Below, piece after piece: positions 36,836 to 47,210 of a stretch of DNA of 64,000 bases (its first letter is position 1; the number at the start of each line of letters is the position of its first letter). This stretch comes from Fimbriosthenelais zetlandica (taxonomy: Eukaryota), in assembly GCA_977030845.1 (NCBI GenBank), contig OZ365116.1, forward strand, positions 20,832,001 through 20,896,000, written 5' to 3'. The notes under the pieces were generated by a model. The model saw only the letters and a program-made list of their open reading frames with translations, was not told the origin of the DNA and did no database searches. A program made the position numbers and the translations under genes.

Positions 36836-39800
36836 ATGCTTGGTGGCAATATTAGGCAAGTGGTAAGCAAACCGGAAGTGAAGATGTCCTCTCCACCTTC
36901 TAGCAAGGGACAAAGTCTGCTATCTATGAATAAAGGGGTGGTATTAGTCCGTGGTCCAGCACCAGTACCACATAAAAATGATCCACGGGTACTTATGGTC
37001 CCAAATGTTCGTCAGAATGTGCCACAGGTATTTGGGAAGAACACAGTGCTTGTCCCAGTGACACAAACACCTGATGGTAAAATGATAGCCACTGGAGCAC
37101 CCGTCCTACCACCTCGACTACAAACCTCTGGTAAAATTAGACCTGATGGAGGAACGATAACAGGTCCAAATGGTCAACAGGTGTTAGTGCCACTACCGCC
37201 TGGTGCCATGGTGAGAACAGCACCTCAAGGAAACAAACCCATAGTTTTAATGTCAGCTAAACAGACAGGCGCGAATAAACAACCAATGGTTATACAAGTC
37301 CCCAAAGGTCCAAATAACCCTGGTGCACGTCCATTATTCATGGTCCCTGTTACATCCTCAGGGGTAGGACAACATGTTTCGGGGGTAGCTGGTAAGGATC
37401 AAACGGTCAAGGTTATTGGGCAAAATAAAGGAGTCAACCTGGTACAAATGCCACTTACTGGTGGTGACAAATCCCGAGCTGCTCAGTCTATGTTTATTCC
37501 AATGCCAGTATCAGGCAAAGGGCCAGGTCAACCTATGGTACTCCTACCTAGGCCACAAAACCAGCCTGTAAAGCAAATTGTGAGACTGCCAGGAGGTACT
37601 TCTAATACAAAATCTGTGATCATCCAGGATCCAAATATGGCTAATCTTCCTAAAGGAGCCAGACTCATTCCTATGTCATCCTCAGTACCTGGAGGTCCAG
37701 TACAACTAGCTTCTTCACATGGTGCTTTTCCGGGTGGAAAGATCGTGTTCATTCCCAATTCAAATGCAGGAGGAATTCCTGGAGGAAAGACAGTTATTAA
37801 TATAGGGGCTTCATCTCAACTGAAGAAACCAAATGTATCCCTTATACAGAAAGTTTTCCCACCGAAAGGTGGAAGGAAACTGTTGTATAAACCGATGGGA
37901 GCATCTGTCAACAAACCTATTAAACCGAAGCCACCTATTCAAACTACAGATTCCTTCTTCAAAACCCCGATAGAAATCAAACCTTTAGAGGAGGAGCATG
38001 ATGATGACTTGGAGAATGTTTTGAGTGCGTTGACTGGAGGAGGGGGCAGTGTCGATCTCATGCCGGTCAACTCTGCTATCACTTCATCACCATCACCTGC
38101 TCCTGTCAATCTTGACCCTGTCCAAATAGATGGACTAGAAAGTATGGGGCTAAAGATTGACTCGGTTTATAGTTTATCATCCAACTCACTGCCAGGAGAT
38201 GGTGAACAGGCTTCAAAAAAGAGCCAAGAGGCAAGTGCAGATACAGGAAAAACATTGAATAAAAAGTCTGAAAAGAAAGATAGTTCAACAGATGGAGAAA
38301 ATAACACAAGTGTTGATGGTGAAAATGTTGATAAAGAAAGAGAGAAGGTGATACAGGAGCCAGAGGTGAATGTGGATAAGAAAGATAAAGAGCCAGATAG
38401 AGAGGAGAAACAAGCACAGACAAATGATGATACAAAATCAGAGGTGATGAATGCTAGAAGAGAGAATACAATGACTGAGGGCGATTCACTGGAGAGCGGA
38501 ATGGATCCAGATGACGACAGACTGAGCGTCGATTCTGATCAAACAGAAGTCATGGATACCTCAGATCTGTATAAAAATGATAACGGCCAGGAAGATCTTA
38601 TAGACCGAGGTGGCAGCTCTGAGAAGGAGGACAGTATAGGGAAGGAGCAGGAGATGGATGACTGTAATGATTCTGATGGGGAAATGAAGGATATACAAGT
38701 ACCAGTTTTGTCGATTGAGCCGCTCTCACCGGAAGACGAACCCTCACAATCAGGAAGCAACGCAAAACCAGAACAGTCTCTCATAGAGACAGAGACTGAG
38801 ATGGAATTCGGGGATCCCCAGAATAACAGTTACAGGCGTATAAGCCTAGAAGATGAGGATCCCAACCTGATGAGAGGGGATTGTCTTCAGGTCAGATTAG
38901 CCCAGCAGGCGGCGCGACAGCTGCAGGAACAGATGAAACAGGAGAGTGAGAACCGGGATATGGTAGCGAGAGAATGGCACATTGAGGAAGATGATGAAGA
39001 AATGGACCAGCCATTTACTCCCTCCAAGGACCTCAATAATACTGCCTCCACAGATGAAGATGGGAGAAAGGAGGAAAGTGAAGAAAAAACTAGAGAAACG
39101 CCGGAGGACAATGAATCCCATCCTTCAGAATCTGATGGAAAGAAAAGTGAGGAAAGCAATAACGACCCAAAGGAAGGTCCATCTAATGAAGAAGATGGGA
39201 GAGGAGAAGGAAAGAAGACTGGTGATGGGAAGAAAGGTGAAGGCGTTATGGATGATGCCCAGAAGGCATTGGTGGCTGCTGCACTCAATGGCTGTGAGGT
39301 AGCCGACTCTGCTGAATTAAATGATATGTTTGATGAACTCATATCTGAATATTTCACAGCTCCTGAGCGGCCTAAGCCGAGTGTACGTGTTCGCGGTATA
39401 GAGGAGTGTAGGGCTGATCTAGATGATGGACCTCAGAGTCTAGTGACGACTACAAAAACGACACCTTCTCTCCACACAGTCACTTCATTGTCACCTTTAA
39501 ACAAGTCACTCCTGTCACAAAAGCCAATATCTATCACTACTCCTTCTGGGCCTGTCACTCTGGTACAGGTTAAAGTTCCAGTGCCTGGTAAGCCTGGTGT
39601 CTCCACAATAAAATACATTCCAGTACAGCTTTCCAAACTTGGTAAAACGGGACTGAACAATGCACCCATGCCACAGTATGTCAAAATAGTTCCTAATACA
39701 ACATCCACAGTTAGCGGGGCAAAACCTATGGCCAGCAGGCTTATACCTACTGTGGCAAACCAGCGTCTGGGTGTGGCATCCAGTTCTGTAGCTTCTAGTT

Positions 39801-42418
39801 CCATCATGAAACAAGGAAAGTCTGTGTTGAAGTTCGTCATAGCACCTGGAAACAGGTTACAACCAAATTTAACTTCATCAGTACTCTCCACAGCTTCAGT
39901 AGTATCCAGACCTACAACTATACCAAGCACTTCTGCTTCTGCCTCATCTACAAAACCATTGAGTAATGTAGACCTCGAGTCCGCTATCAAAAATGCTGCC
40001 CGTAATGTGTTAGGACTTAATCCTGGTAATAAATGGACTGGACTGAAACCTTCAAAGAAACCATCACTTATACCTGGCCGGAATCTGCTGCCTCTGGTTC
40101 AAACTGGAGTGTCACTGGCACAATCCGGGGTTTCACTGGCACAACCTGGGTTTTCACTGGCACAACCTGGGGTCTCACTGGCACAACCTGGGGTTTCACT
40201 GACACAACCTGGGGTTTCACTGGCACAACCTGCATTTTCACTGACACAACCAGGAGTAACGCTGGTGCAACCTGGTGTTTCACTGACACAACCTGGGGTG
40301 TCGCTGGCACAACCTGGGGTTTCACTGGCACAACCAGGAGTAACGCTGGCACAACCTGGAGTATCGCTGGCACAAACTGGGGTGTCAGTATCCTTGCCAG
40401 TTCAAGCACCCACACTGGGAACTCTGTCATCAGCAGACACAAACAAGCCAGACAAAACCATGCATCTACTAACACCGGATAATAACCGAATAATAGTCAT
40501 TCCACCAGGGATGAAGTTGGTTCAAGGTCCTGGAAAAGTTCCTCAGTTAGTCATGGTTAACAAGCCAGACACTGAGCCTTCAACCTCCCTCAGTCCAGGA
40601 GATGTCCTAGCCGCACAACTACAAAGGGAGTGCTCAGTGTTTAATCCCAAAAAGAAAAAGAAGAAAAAGAAGAAGAAGAAAATTAAACTTCCCCCAACCA
40701 AACAATGTTCTGTTGTGTTACGCAGACTTAATATGAAAGTGGTAAAGAAAACACTCAACCTGAAGAGGATTAAACCGTCCTTCCTCTTTGAAACTGTTTC
40801 ACGGCGGCCCATGCGAGGAGCGAAAAGAAAAGCAGAAGAACTGATCAGTAATGATGCCAAACGATTCAAGACTGAGGAGAAATATCAGCCACCCAAATAT
40901 ACAGAGATACCAGATCCTCCCCCACCACCAGTAGACGCACCCACGACCACCAGTGACAGTACATCTCCTAGTAGAGTAAATATAGCCAAGGATTCAGCTT
41001 TATATCAGATCATGTCCCAGCTCCCACCCATCAGGCCAGCTCCTACCATACAACAAGCACCTCTCAATATATTACCATTAAGTCCTGGTGTCCATACGTC
41101 TCCCATGAAGCCACCACCTGGTCCAGTCTCTTTCATGCCCAATCCCCGTACCTCACTTCTTCAGAAATCACCAAAGCCCAGTCCTGTGGTCTCATCACCT
41201 CTACCTAATGTATCACCTTCTCTCATCATGGCTCCAATAAATAGGCTCTTACCACCATCATCAACAACAACAACAGCAGCAGGATCCCGTGAAATCAAAC
41301 TGACTCTGTCCTGCACTACAGCAGCCTCTAGTACCATGCCTGTTAACATCACTAAAGGCTTAAACAGCATTGCTATGTCTATGTCAGGTAGTAATGTTGT
41401 TTCTGGGACGGTCGTATCTCCTTCCCATACAGTGGTTGGACGTGTGGATGCTAACAGACAGACAGGATCCACTGGAGGTAATGTGACGTCACTCCTCACC
41501 TCCACTAATCAACCTAGTCGACCTCTGCCTCCATTACATCCAGCGGGTAAAGTGATGATACCCAATATCCTGACTAGACCTCGTTTTGCCATGCCAACAT
41601 TACAACCAGCCCCAAGACCAGTACAGGGTGTCCGCGGACCCATCCAGCCTCCCACACCCGCGACTGTCATGAAGAGTCCCACCACATTCACCCCAAGGGC
41701 TCCTATAGTCATACAACCTAATGGCACCGGCACAGCCCCGAGACCACCCTTTAGTCAAGGTAACAAACTCGACACCAACAAACGATTCCTCCTGATCAAG
41801 ACAGCCAATGGACAGTTCCTAGTACCGATGCCTGAACATGGTAATCCTATAAACTTAGCAGGTGCTCGACCTGTTAAGACCAATAATTTATCTAACCAGG
41901 CTGAGAACGTGAGTGTCCCAGGTACAGGAGAGACGGCGACGAGCAGCTCATCAGGTGCGTCAGGGACTGCCCAGACTCCCTCCTCACCAATCGTGATCGG
42001 CTCTACTAAAGATACCACTACACCACCCCTCCCTACTCCCCCTCCCCCTCCTCCTCCTCCTCCTCCGGTTAAAGAAAGTAACAGAAGGAAAAGACATGTA
42101 GAATCACCCGTCATAGTCATTAAAGACGAACCTATAGACACTGACTATGATAAGTATGAAAATAGCCCACCACCGAAAGCTAAAACACCAGACACCCAAG
42201 TCAAGATTAAGGAGGAAAAGGAAAGGGAAAAGGAAAGAGAGAAAGAGGAGGAGGATCGGGGAGAGGAGATAGAGGAGGAGGAGGAAGATGCACCCCGAGT
42301 ACCAGCTTCTCTCAATCACATGAAGAGAATAGAAGAACTGAAAGCTCGTCTACGCCAGCATGAAGAGGAGCTGGCTGCACTGAGAAAAGAACGAGAAAAT
42401 CTATCAACCACAAGTTAA
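36836..42418 (+). CDS. Giant disordered nuclear protein B (1860 aa) with heptad repeat, poly-K, PxVxL-like motif and C-terminal coiled coil; single coding exon
   Basis: 5.6-kb uninterrupted ORF with ATG one base after the acceptor ttcttttcag|. P/G/V/Q-rich N-terminus, acidic middle, 11-Lys tract, TKQCSVVLRRL, IKDEP and IKEE SUMO-type motifs, terminal MKRIEELKARLRQHEEELAALRKERE. Confidence 0.9.
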   Translation: MLGGNIRQVVSKPEVKMSSPPSSKGQSLLSMNKGVVLVRGPAPVPHKNDPRVLMVPNVRQNVPQVFGKNTVLVPVTQTPDGKMIATGAPVLPPRLQTSGKIRPDGGTITGPNGQQVLVPLPPGAMVRTAPQGNKPIVLMSAKQTGANKQPMVIQVPKGPNNPGARPLFMVPVTSSGVGQHVSGVAGKDQTVKVIGQNKGVNLVQMPLTGGDKSRAAQSMFIPMPVSGKGPGQPMVLLPRPQNQPVKQIVRLPGGTSNTKSVIIQDPNMANLPKGARLIPMSSSVPGGPVQLASSHGAFPGGKIVFIPNSNAGGIPGGKTVINIGASSQLKKPNVSLIQKVFPPKGGRKLLYKPMGASVNKPIKPKPPIQTTDSFFKTPIEIKPLEEEHDDDLENVLSALTGGGGSVDLMPVNSAITSSPSPAPVNLDPVQIDGLESMGLKIDSVYSLSSNSLPGDGEQASKKSQEASADTGKTLNKKSEKKDSSTDGENNTSVDGENVDKEREKVIQEPEVNVDKKDKEPDREEKQAQTNDDTKSEVMNARRENTMTEGDSLESGMDPDDDRLSVDSDQTEVMDTSDLYKNDNGQEDLIDRGGSSEKEDSIGKEQEMDDCNDSDGEMKDIQVPVLSIEPLSPEDEPSQSGSNAKPEQSLIETETEMEFGDPQNNSYRRISLEDEDPNLMRGDCLQVRLAQQAARQLQEQMKQESENRDMVAREWHIEEDDEEMDQPFTPSKDLNNTASTDEDGRKEESEEKTRETPEDNESHPSESDGKKSEESNNDPKEGPSNEEDGRGEGKKTGDGKKGEGVMDDAQKALVAAALNGCEVADSAELNDMFDELISEYFTAPERPKPSVRVRGIEECRADLDDGPQSLVTTTKTTPSLHTVTSLSPLNKSLLSQKPISITTPSGPVTLVQVKVPVPGKPGVSTIKYIPVQLSKLGKTGLNNAPMPQYVKIVPNTTSTVSGAKPMASRLIPTVANQRLGVASSSVASSSIMKQGKSVLKFVIAPGNRLQPNLTSSVLSTASVVSRPTTIPSTSASASSTKPLSNVDLESAIKNAARNVLGLNPGNKWTGLKPSKKPSLIPGRNLLPLVQTGVSLAQSGVSLAQPGFSLAQPGVSLAQPGVSLTQPGVSLAQPAFSLTQPGVTLVQPGVSLTQPGVSLAQPGVSLAQPGVTLAQPGVSLAQTGVSVSLPVQAPTLGTLSSADTNKPDKTMHLLTPDNNRIIVIPPGMKLVQGPGKVPQLVMVNKPDTEPSTSLSPGDVLAAQLQRECSVFNPKKKKKKKKKKKIKLPPTKQCSVVLRRLNMKVVKKTLNLKRIKPSFLFETVSRRPMRGAKRKAEELISNDAKRFKTEEKYQPPKYTEIPDPPPPPVDAPTTTSDSTSPSRVNIAKDSALYQIMSQLPPIRPAPTIQQAPLNILPLSPGVHTSPMKPPPGPVSFMPNPRTSLLQKSPKPSPVVSSPLPNVSPSLIMAPINRLLPPSSTTTTAAGSREIKLTLSCTTAASSTMPVNITKGLNSIAMSMSGSNVVSGTVVSPSHTVVGRVDANRQTGSTGGNVTSLLTSTNQPSRPLPPLHPAGKVMIPNILTRPRFAMPTLQPAPRPVQGVRGPIQPPTPATVMKSPTTFTPRAPIVIQPNGTGTAPRPPFSQGNKLDTNKRFLLIKTANGQFLVPMPEHGNPINLAGARPVKTNNLSNQAENVSVPGTGETATSSSSGASGTAQTPSSPIVIGSTKDTTTPPLPTPPPPPPPPPPVKESNRRKRHVESPVIVIKDEPIDTDYDKYENSPPPKAKTPDTQVKIKEEKEREKEREKEEEDRGEEIEEEEEDAPRVPASLNHMKRIEELKARLRQHEEELAALRKERENLSTTS
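40100..40393 (+). repeat. Coding 21-bp minisatellite, 14 units encoding Q-P-G-V-S-L-A
   Basis: Consensus CAACCTGGGGTTTCACTGGCA; 13 near-complete units plus a divergent last unit (QTGVSVS). Confidence 0.95.
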
Positions 42419-43721
42419 TGTTAGTCACTGATGACAGACAGACAGTTCTTATGTAATATTATGTATAACTATATATACGCTATCTAACATCCACTCCAAA
42501 AGTTGCTCCTTGATGGCGGAAAAAAGTTTTGCACTATCCTTTTTAAAAGAATGTTTTTGGTAAATTTGCAAATTGATTAAAAAATATGATTTGATCTGTA
42601 ATTTTAGAAGACTACTACCAAAGCAGAATTGTCAATGTTATTATTAAAACTTGTAATGTATATTTGTATATAGGCAGTATATATATTGAAAAGTGCACCA
42701 TTTCATATTGTTAATCTTAAACTTATTTTCGGTGCCAAGAATAGCAGCACATTGCGTGTGAGAAATCTATTGATGCTTATAATTATTTTCAGTAAATGGC
42801 TGTTAAAATAGATACTGGGGGAATTGTTAAAATTTGTGTCGCTTGTTCTCAATATTATACTCAGATGATTCCAGAATGTAAATACTATTTATTGTTGAGA
42901 AACAATTGCAGGTTCAGTTAGATGTCAGTTAGCAGTCGATGTCTGTAGTACTCGTTATACATGATGTAAAATGAACGCGTTCCTGAGAACATTTACTCGA
43001 GTCATTCCTATTGGAAATCTTTGTCCACAGTCTTACATTTCTATGTATTACATTATATATTTATTGAACGCTAAAGCTTCCTATATGATGCAACACAAGG
43101 AAAATTAAAAAAGATATAGTTAGCATTTATGGTTTTGTGGGGTATATTAATTATAGCACATCTTCTAAATATTCAATAGACACTTTCGCATGAAAATGTG
43201 CATTTTTATCGGAAAGTCTTCTTTCTTTGTTTCAACAAATACCCATATGAGATTATCGTGATGAAATTTGTGTAATATTACCGATGTATACAATTTAATG
43301 AACTGTGAGTGTAAGGGATTCAGTGTTATATTAACTCTACATGTGGCTGTGCAGTGTAAAGTTGCAAGGTGCTCTCAATAAATTCCTCTCTCTCTTAGTA
43401 AATCTCTGGTTTCCACATTACTTCTAACTGTCGCCTACTAGTTTCTGGTCGAACATTAAGCACTTAGTTTTACACTAAAATATATCCATTTCTTGTATAA
43501 AGCTGTAGTATATTTCCTACCCGTACCGTTAACCTGATACAATATAAAGATTTTTTCTGATATCTTAGTAAATTATTTTAATATATTTTTACCGGTATGT
43601 TGTAAGTTTGCATACTCTGGTACGAATACTTGGAAGACTTTGGAGACATTTCTTAACGAGAGAAGTGGCAAATGGATAGTTCCACCACTTCTACCATAGT
43701 TCCTGAGTATTATCTACAACT

Positions 43722-45632
43722 TTAACCCATGGCGAACTCATAAGCGGCGGCGTACTGGCCGGTGACATGATGGTAGAGCTGTCTCTCTATATCAGCCAGC
43801 AGACCACTCGCTCCTATACGGAATAAATCAGGTTTAGTCCACGCGTCGCCAAGTTCCTCCTTCATCATTGAGAGCCAAGTGAGCGAGTCCTTAGCACTGC
43901 GGATACCGCCTGCTGGCTTAAAACCAACCTAGGAAACATTAAAACAAAAAATTATTATAAAATTCAGACGATCATATTGAGGGAAATTAGGAAGAGAAAT
44001 TGTTTAATTATATATAAAAGCTGGAATAGTTAACGCACCACATAGCCAGTCCTGTCTTTATATTCCCGGATAGCTCGGACCATGACTAGCCCAACGAGAA
44101 GAATGGCATTCACTCCTTCCTTTCCAGTGGAAGTCTTAATAAAATCGGCTCCTGTAAAAAGTCATTCAAAATCAAAGTTAAATGCCTAAACCAGTCTTTT
44201 CAGAGGATTCATTCTGAATTTAAACAAGAACAATAGTTTCCTTACCTGCCATCATACAAGCCATACTGGCTTTATACACGTTGGTGAGTGAACCTAGCTC
44301 GCCCGTAGCCAGGATGGTCTTCATATGAGCCGAGCCACACGCTTTCTTCATCTCCTTCACCTCCTCGTACACGCCTAAAGACGAAATGAAATTACAAATT
44401 TTAAGGCATGGTATTTTAGAATAGGTATAGAGTAGGCAATCAATAGAGAAAAAAATAAAGTGTCAAGTATATACCTCGCCAATCACCGGCTAGGGCTAGA
44501 GCCCTGTTGATGACAATATCTATTTCTGCCGCTCCATCCTCCAACGCCATCCTGATCTCTTCTAGTCTGGTTTTCAATGGAGTCTGGCCAGATGGGAATC
44601 CAGTAGCCACTTAAAAGTTAAAATAACATGACATTGATTACAAATATCAAACAGTCATTTAAGAAGAGTACAGGTACAATAAGACCACTTTGACATAACT
44701 CCAATTTGCTAGAAATATTTAAATATAAGAAGCCCAATATTAGCATACCAGAAGCTACAGGGACATGAGGCCCCCCTGCCTCTTGGAGATATCGCTTGGC
44801 ATCGGCGACACGGCTGGGGTAGACACAGACTGCACCCGTGGTTATCCCTGAAATATTACAAAATATGGCATCAAATGCGTTGGTTATACTGGCTCCATTT
44901 CTATGATAATTACGTATGCGATTGATTTTCTACAAATTGCAGCATTATGTATGCCCATATAAGTATACTTGCCCATATTTTCCATGTTCATGGCTTTGAG
45001 GAGGTCTGGTCTAACAGCATTCTTAGCCTTGTAGCACAGACGTTGAACATTGCTAGCCGTGTCATCTCCACTCAGTGTAGTTAGATCAATACACGTCACA
45101 GCTCGTAACAACCAAGCAGCCTGTATATGTAAGGAAAGACAAAATGATTATTTTTTTATTAATTGTTGGGATAAAGTATGTCATCCTCTCTGCCTGCATT
45201 TAGGCCAACAACCTACCTGCCATTGTTTCTTCACAGTCCGACGAGTTCCAAGTGTCTCGGCCCTACGTTTGACAGCCGGGAAGTTGATATTCACATGTTC
45301 AATCCAACTGGCATCTTGTCATGTAAAGAAAAATGTATGTCACATTTGAATTTGTGAAGGCAGCCTGCGTATTATGATAACATAAGGCCATAAGGCATAG
45401 GTGAAAAGTGACAGAAAAGTGGGCGGGGCAAAGTCCATAAACATGGCTCAAGGCCAAGCGGAGAGCACATGTGGGTCAATTATCTCATAATTCAGATAGA
45501 GACATGCAAATATTTCACAAAATACTAAGGAAGACCATCATTCTCAAGGTTTATGAGATGATAAACACGTTTTCTACCCAATTTAAAATGTAAAAACTCA
45601 CCGAAATCCACGCCCGGATTCTTTGGACCCAT
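43722..45632 (-). CDS. DERA: Deoxyribose-phosphate aldolase, 8 exons, intron 3 GC-AG
   Basis: Spliced product MGPKNPGVDFD...AAWLLRAVTCIDLTTLSGDDT...GAVCVYP...ATGFPSGQ...GAAEIDIVINR...MKTILATGELG...ADFIKTSTGK...VGFKPAGGIR...FRIGASGLLADIERQ...MG*. A possible upstream in-frame ATG lies at 45638. Confidence 0.98.
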
Positions 45633-46828
45633 TTTCATTTCAGAAGTGAAAAAACGGTAAAACACACACATCTGCTACCGATAAAACCATTACAACGGAG
45701 CGACTCGGCGCTAGTGTCACTAGGCGGACAACACGTGAACCAACAACTCCCGCCTCAGCCCGAGAGAGGCTCTCCCAGCTCACAGAAACTGTACGAGTAG
45801 GCATACTCGATGGAGAGGATATATAAATACCATTTTATATGAATATTTTGTAGATATTTGCTTGCGCGAAGATTATAATGAAACCAAGTAGGCCCTAGGG
45901 CTTACAAACAAAACAATACGGCTAGGCCAACACCGACAAGTTCAGTCACTGAGATTATTGATTAATGCCGCTCATTAAATATTGACATGTTGCTATAGAG
46001 TTTGATCACATAACAGCCAAAGTATGTCTATTCTGCACACATTTATTCTGGACAGTAAAAGTGGACTCACTGCGGGATGACTTCGATCATTGAAGGCCTA
46101 CAAATCAGTAGCATAGTGATCTGGGATGAGAGGGGAGACAGGCAGTAAATAATGATTAGACTTAACGCGCTGAACTAACCATGTAAGTATACCGGTGTTG
46201 TTTTTGCCCCAGGCCATGGAAGCCTACATATTTAGGCCTATAGCTGACAGCAGTAGAAGTCTCGAAAGCTTCTAATTAGAAGCTACTAGCTTTATTTTTC
46301 GCAAGCTATGACATAACGATTGGCAACCGAATCACAATAGTCCACTTACAACATAAGTGGATCGGATTCTAATATTTGAATCACAAGACTGGGCATGTAT
46401 TCGGGTAAATTTACTACATAGGGTCATATAGGGTTATTACGTCCACAATATTATTGTCATATAAGCTGAAATCTCAAGTCACTCAGTCTCACCGGGACAT
46501 AGAACACAGGTAGGTCCATATTTTCGCAATCAGTCCATACAGAACCTAACTATTCATGTTAAAATAAGCTATGTGACTTTGAAGTTCTATATAATGATCG
46601 CGACCCCGATAACTCGATCATAGAACATATAGTAGTTATAGGATTTTGGCCAACTGGTTCGCATACAGTTCACGATATACTTCTATATTCTGCTGCCAAT
46701 GCTATATGCTAAGGAATTTATTCCGCACAATGTAGCTGTCATTATACCACGACGACGACTCCGAAGTTTAATTTCTCCTTGTAGTCATTTTGTATGAATA
46801 CAAGGAAAGGGGAATCGAATTACACTAT

Positions 46829-46951
46829 TTGTGAACTATTGATTGGTATGAAAAAAAAATTCAGTCGTGGTATAAAGAGGTTAAACCACTCGTTTCACTC
46901 GTGGTTTAACCTCTTATTAGTTCATAGGCCTCAAAAGTACCCAGTTCACAA
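46829..46951. mobile_element. Putative 123-bp non-autonomous element remnant (short terminal inverted repeats plus internal hairpin)
   Basis: TTGTGAACT (46829-46837) and AGTTCACAA (46943-46951) are inverted repeats. Internal perfect 15-bp stem AAGAGGTTAAACCAC/GTGGTTTAACCTCTT (46875-46915) with an 11-nt loop. Confidence 0.45.
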
Positions 46952-47210
46952 TTGAATCACATGTTGTTCTGCATGATTTGATTGCGCGATAAAACCCAGA
47001 GCTACACACAGAACATTAAAAGTACAGACTAACGGTTATCTTCATGTTAGTTGAGAAAATGAAGGTAGGATTAAGGTAGATAATTAAGGTAGGATTTAAG
47101 GAGCAATTTCTCATTCTTTCATTAGGTGATCATAGGAACAAATTGCTGCCTCTAGATTAATATGTAATATTATTTCCAATATTTTGAATTCTGCAGATCT
47201 CCTGTCCACT

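Noticed and set aside
40033-40482. CRISPR-like array, or extra genes in other frames over the 21-bp repeat
   Set aside because: The units are contiguous with no spacers and the DNA is eukaryotic. The extra open frames simply reflect a stop-free repeat unit.
26648-42319. Numerous 60-190-aa antisense and alternate-frame ORFs over the two giant CDSs
   Set aside because: Shadow ORFs expected from low-complexity S/T/P/E-rich coding sequence.
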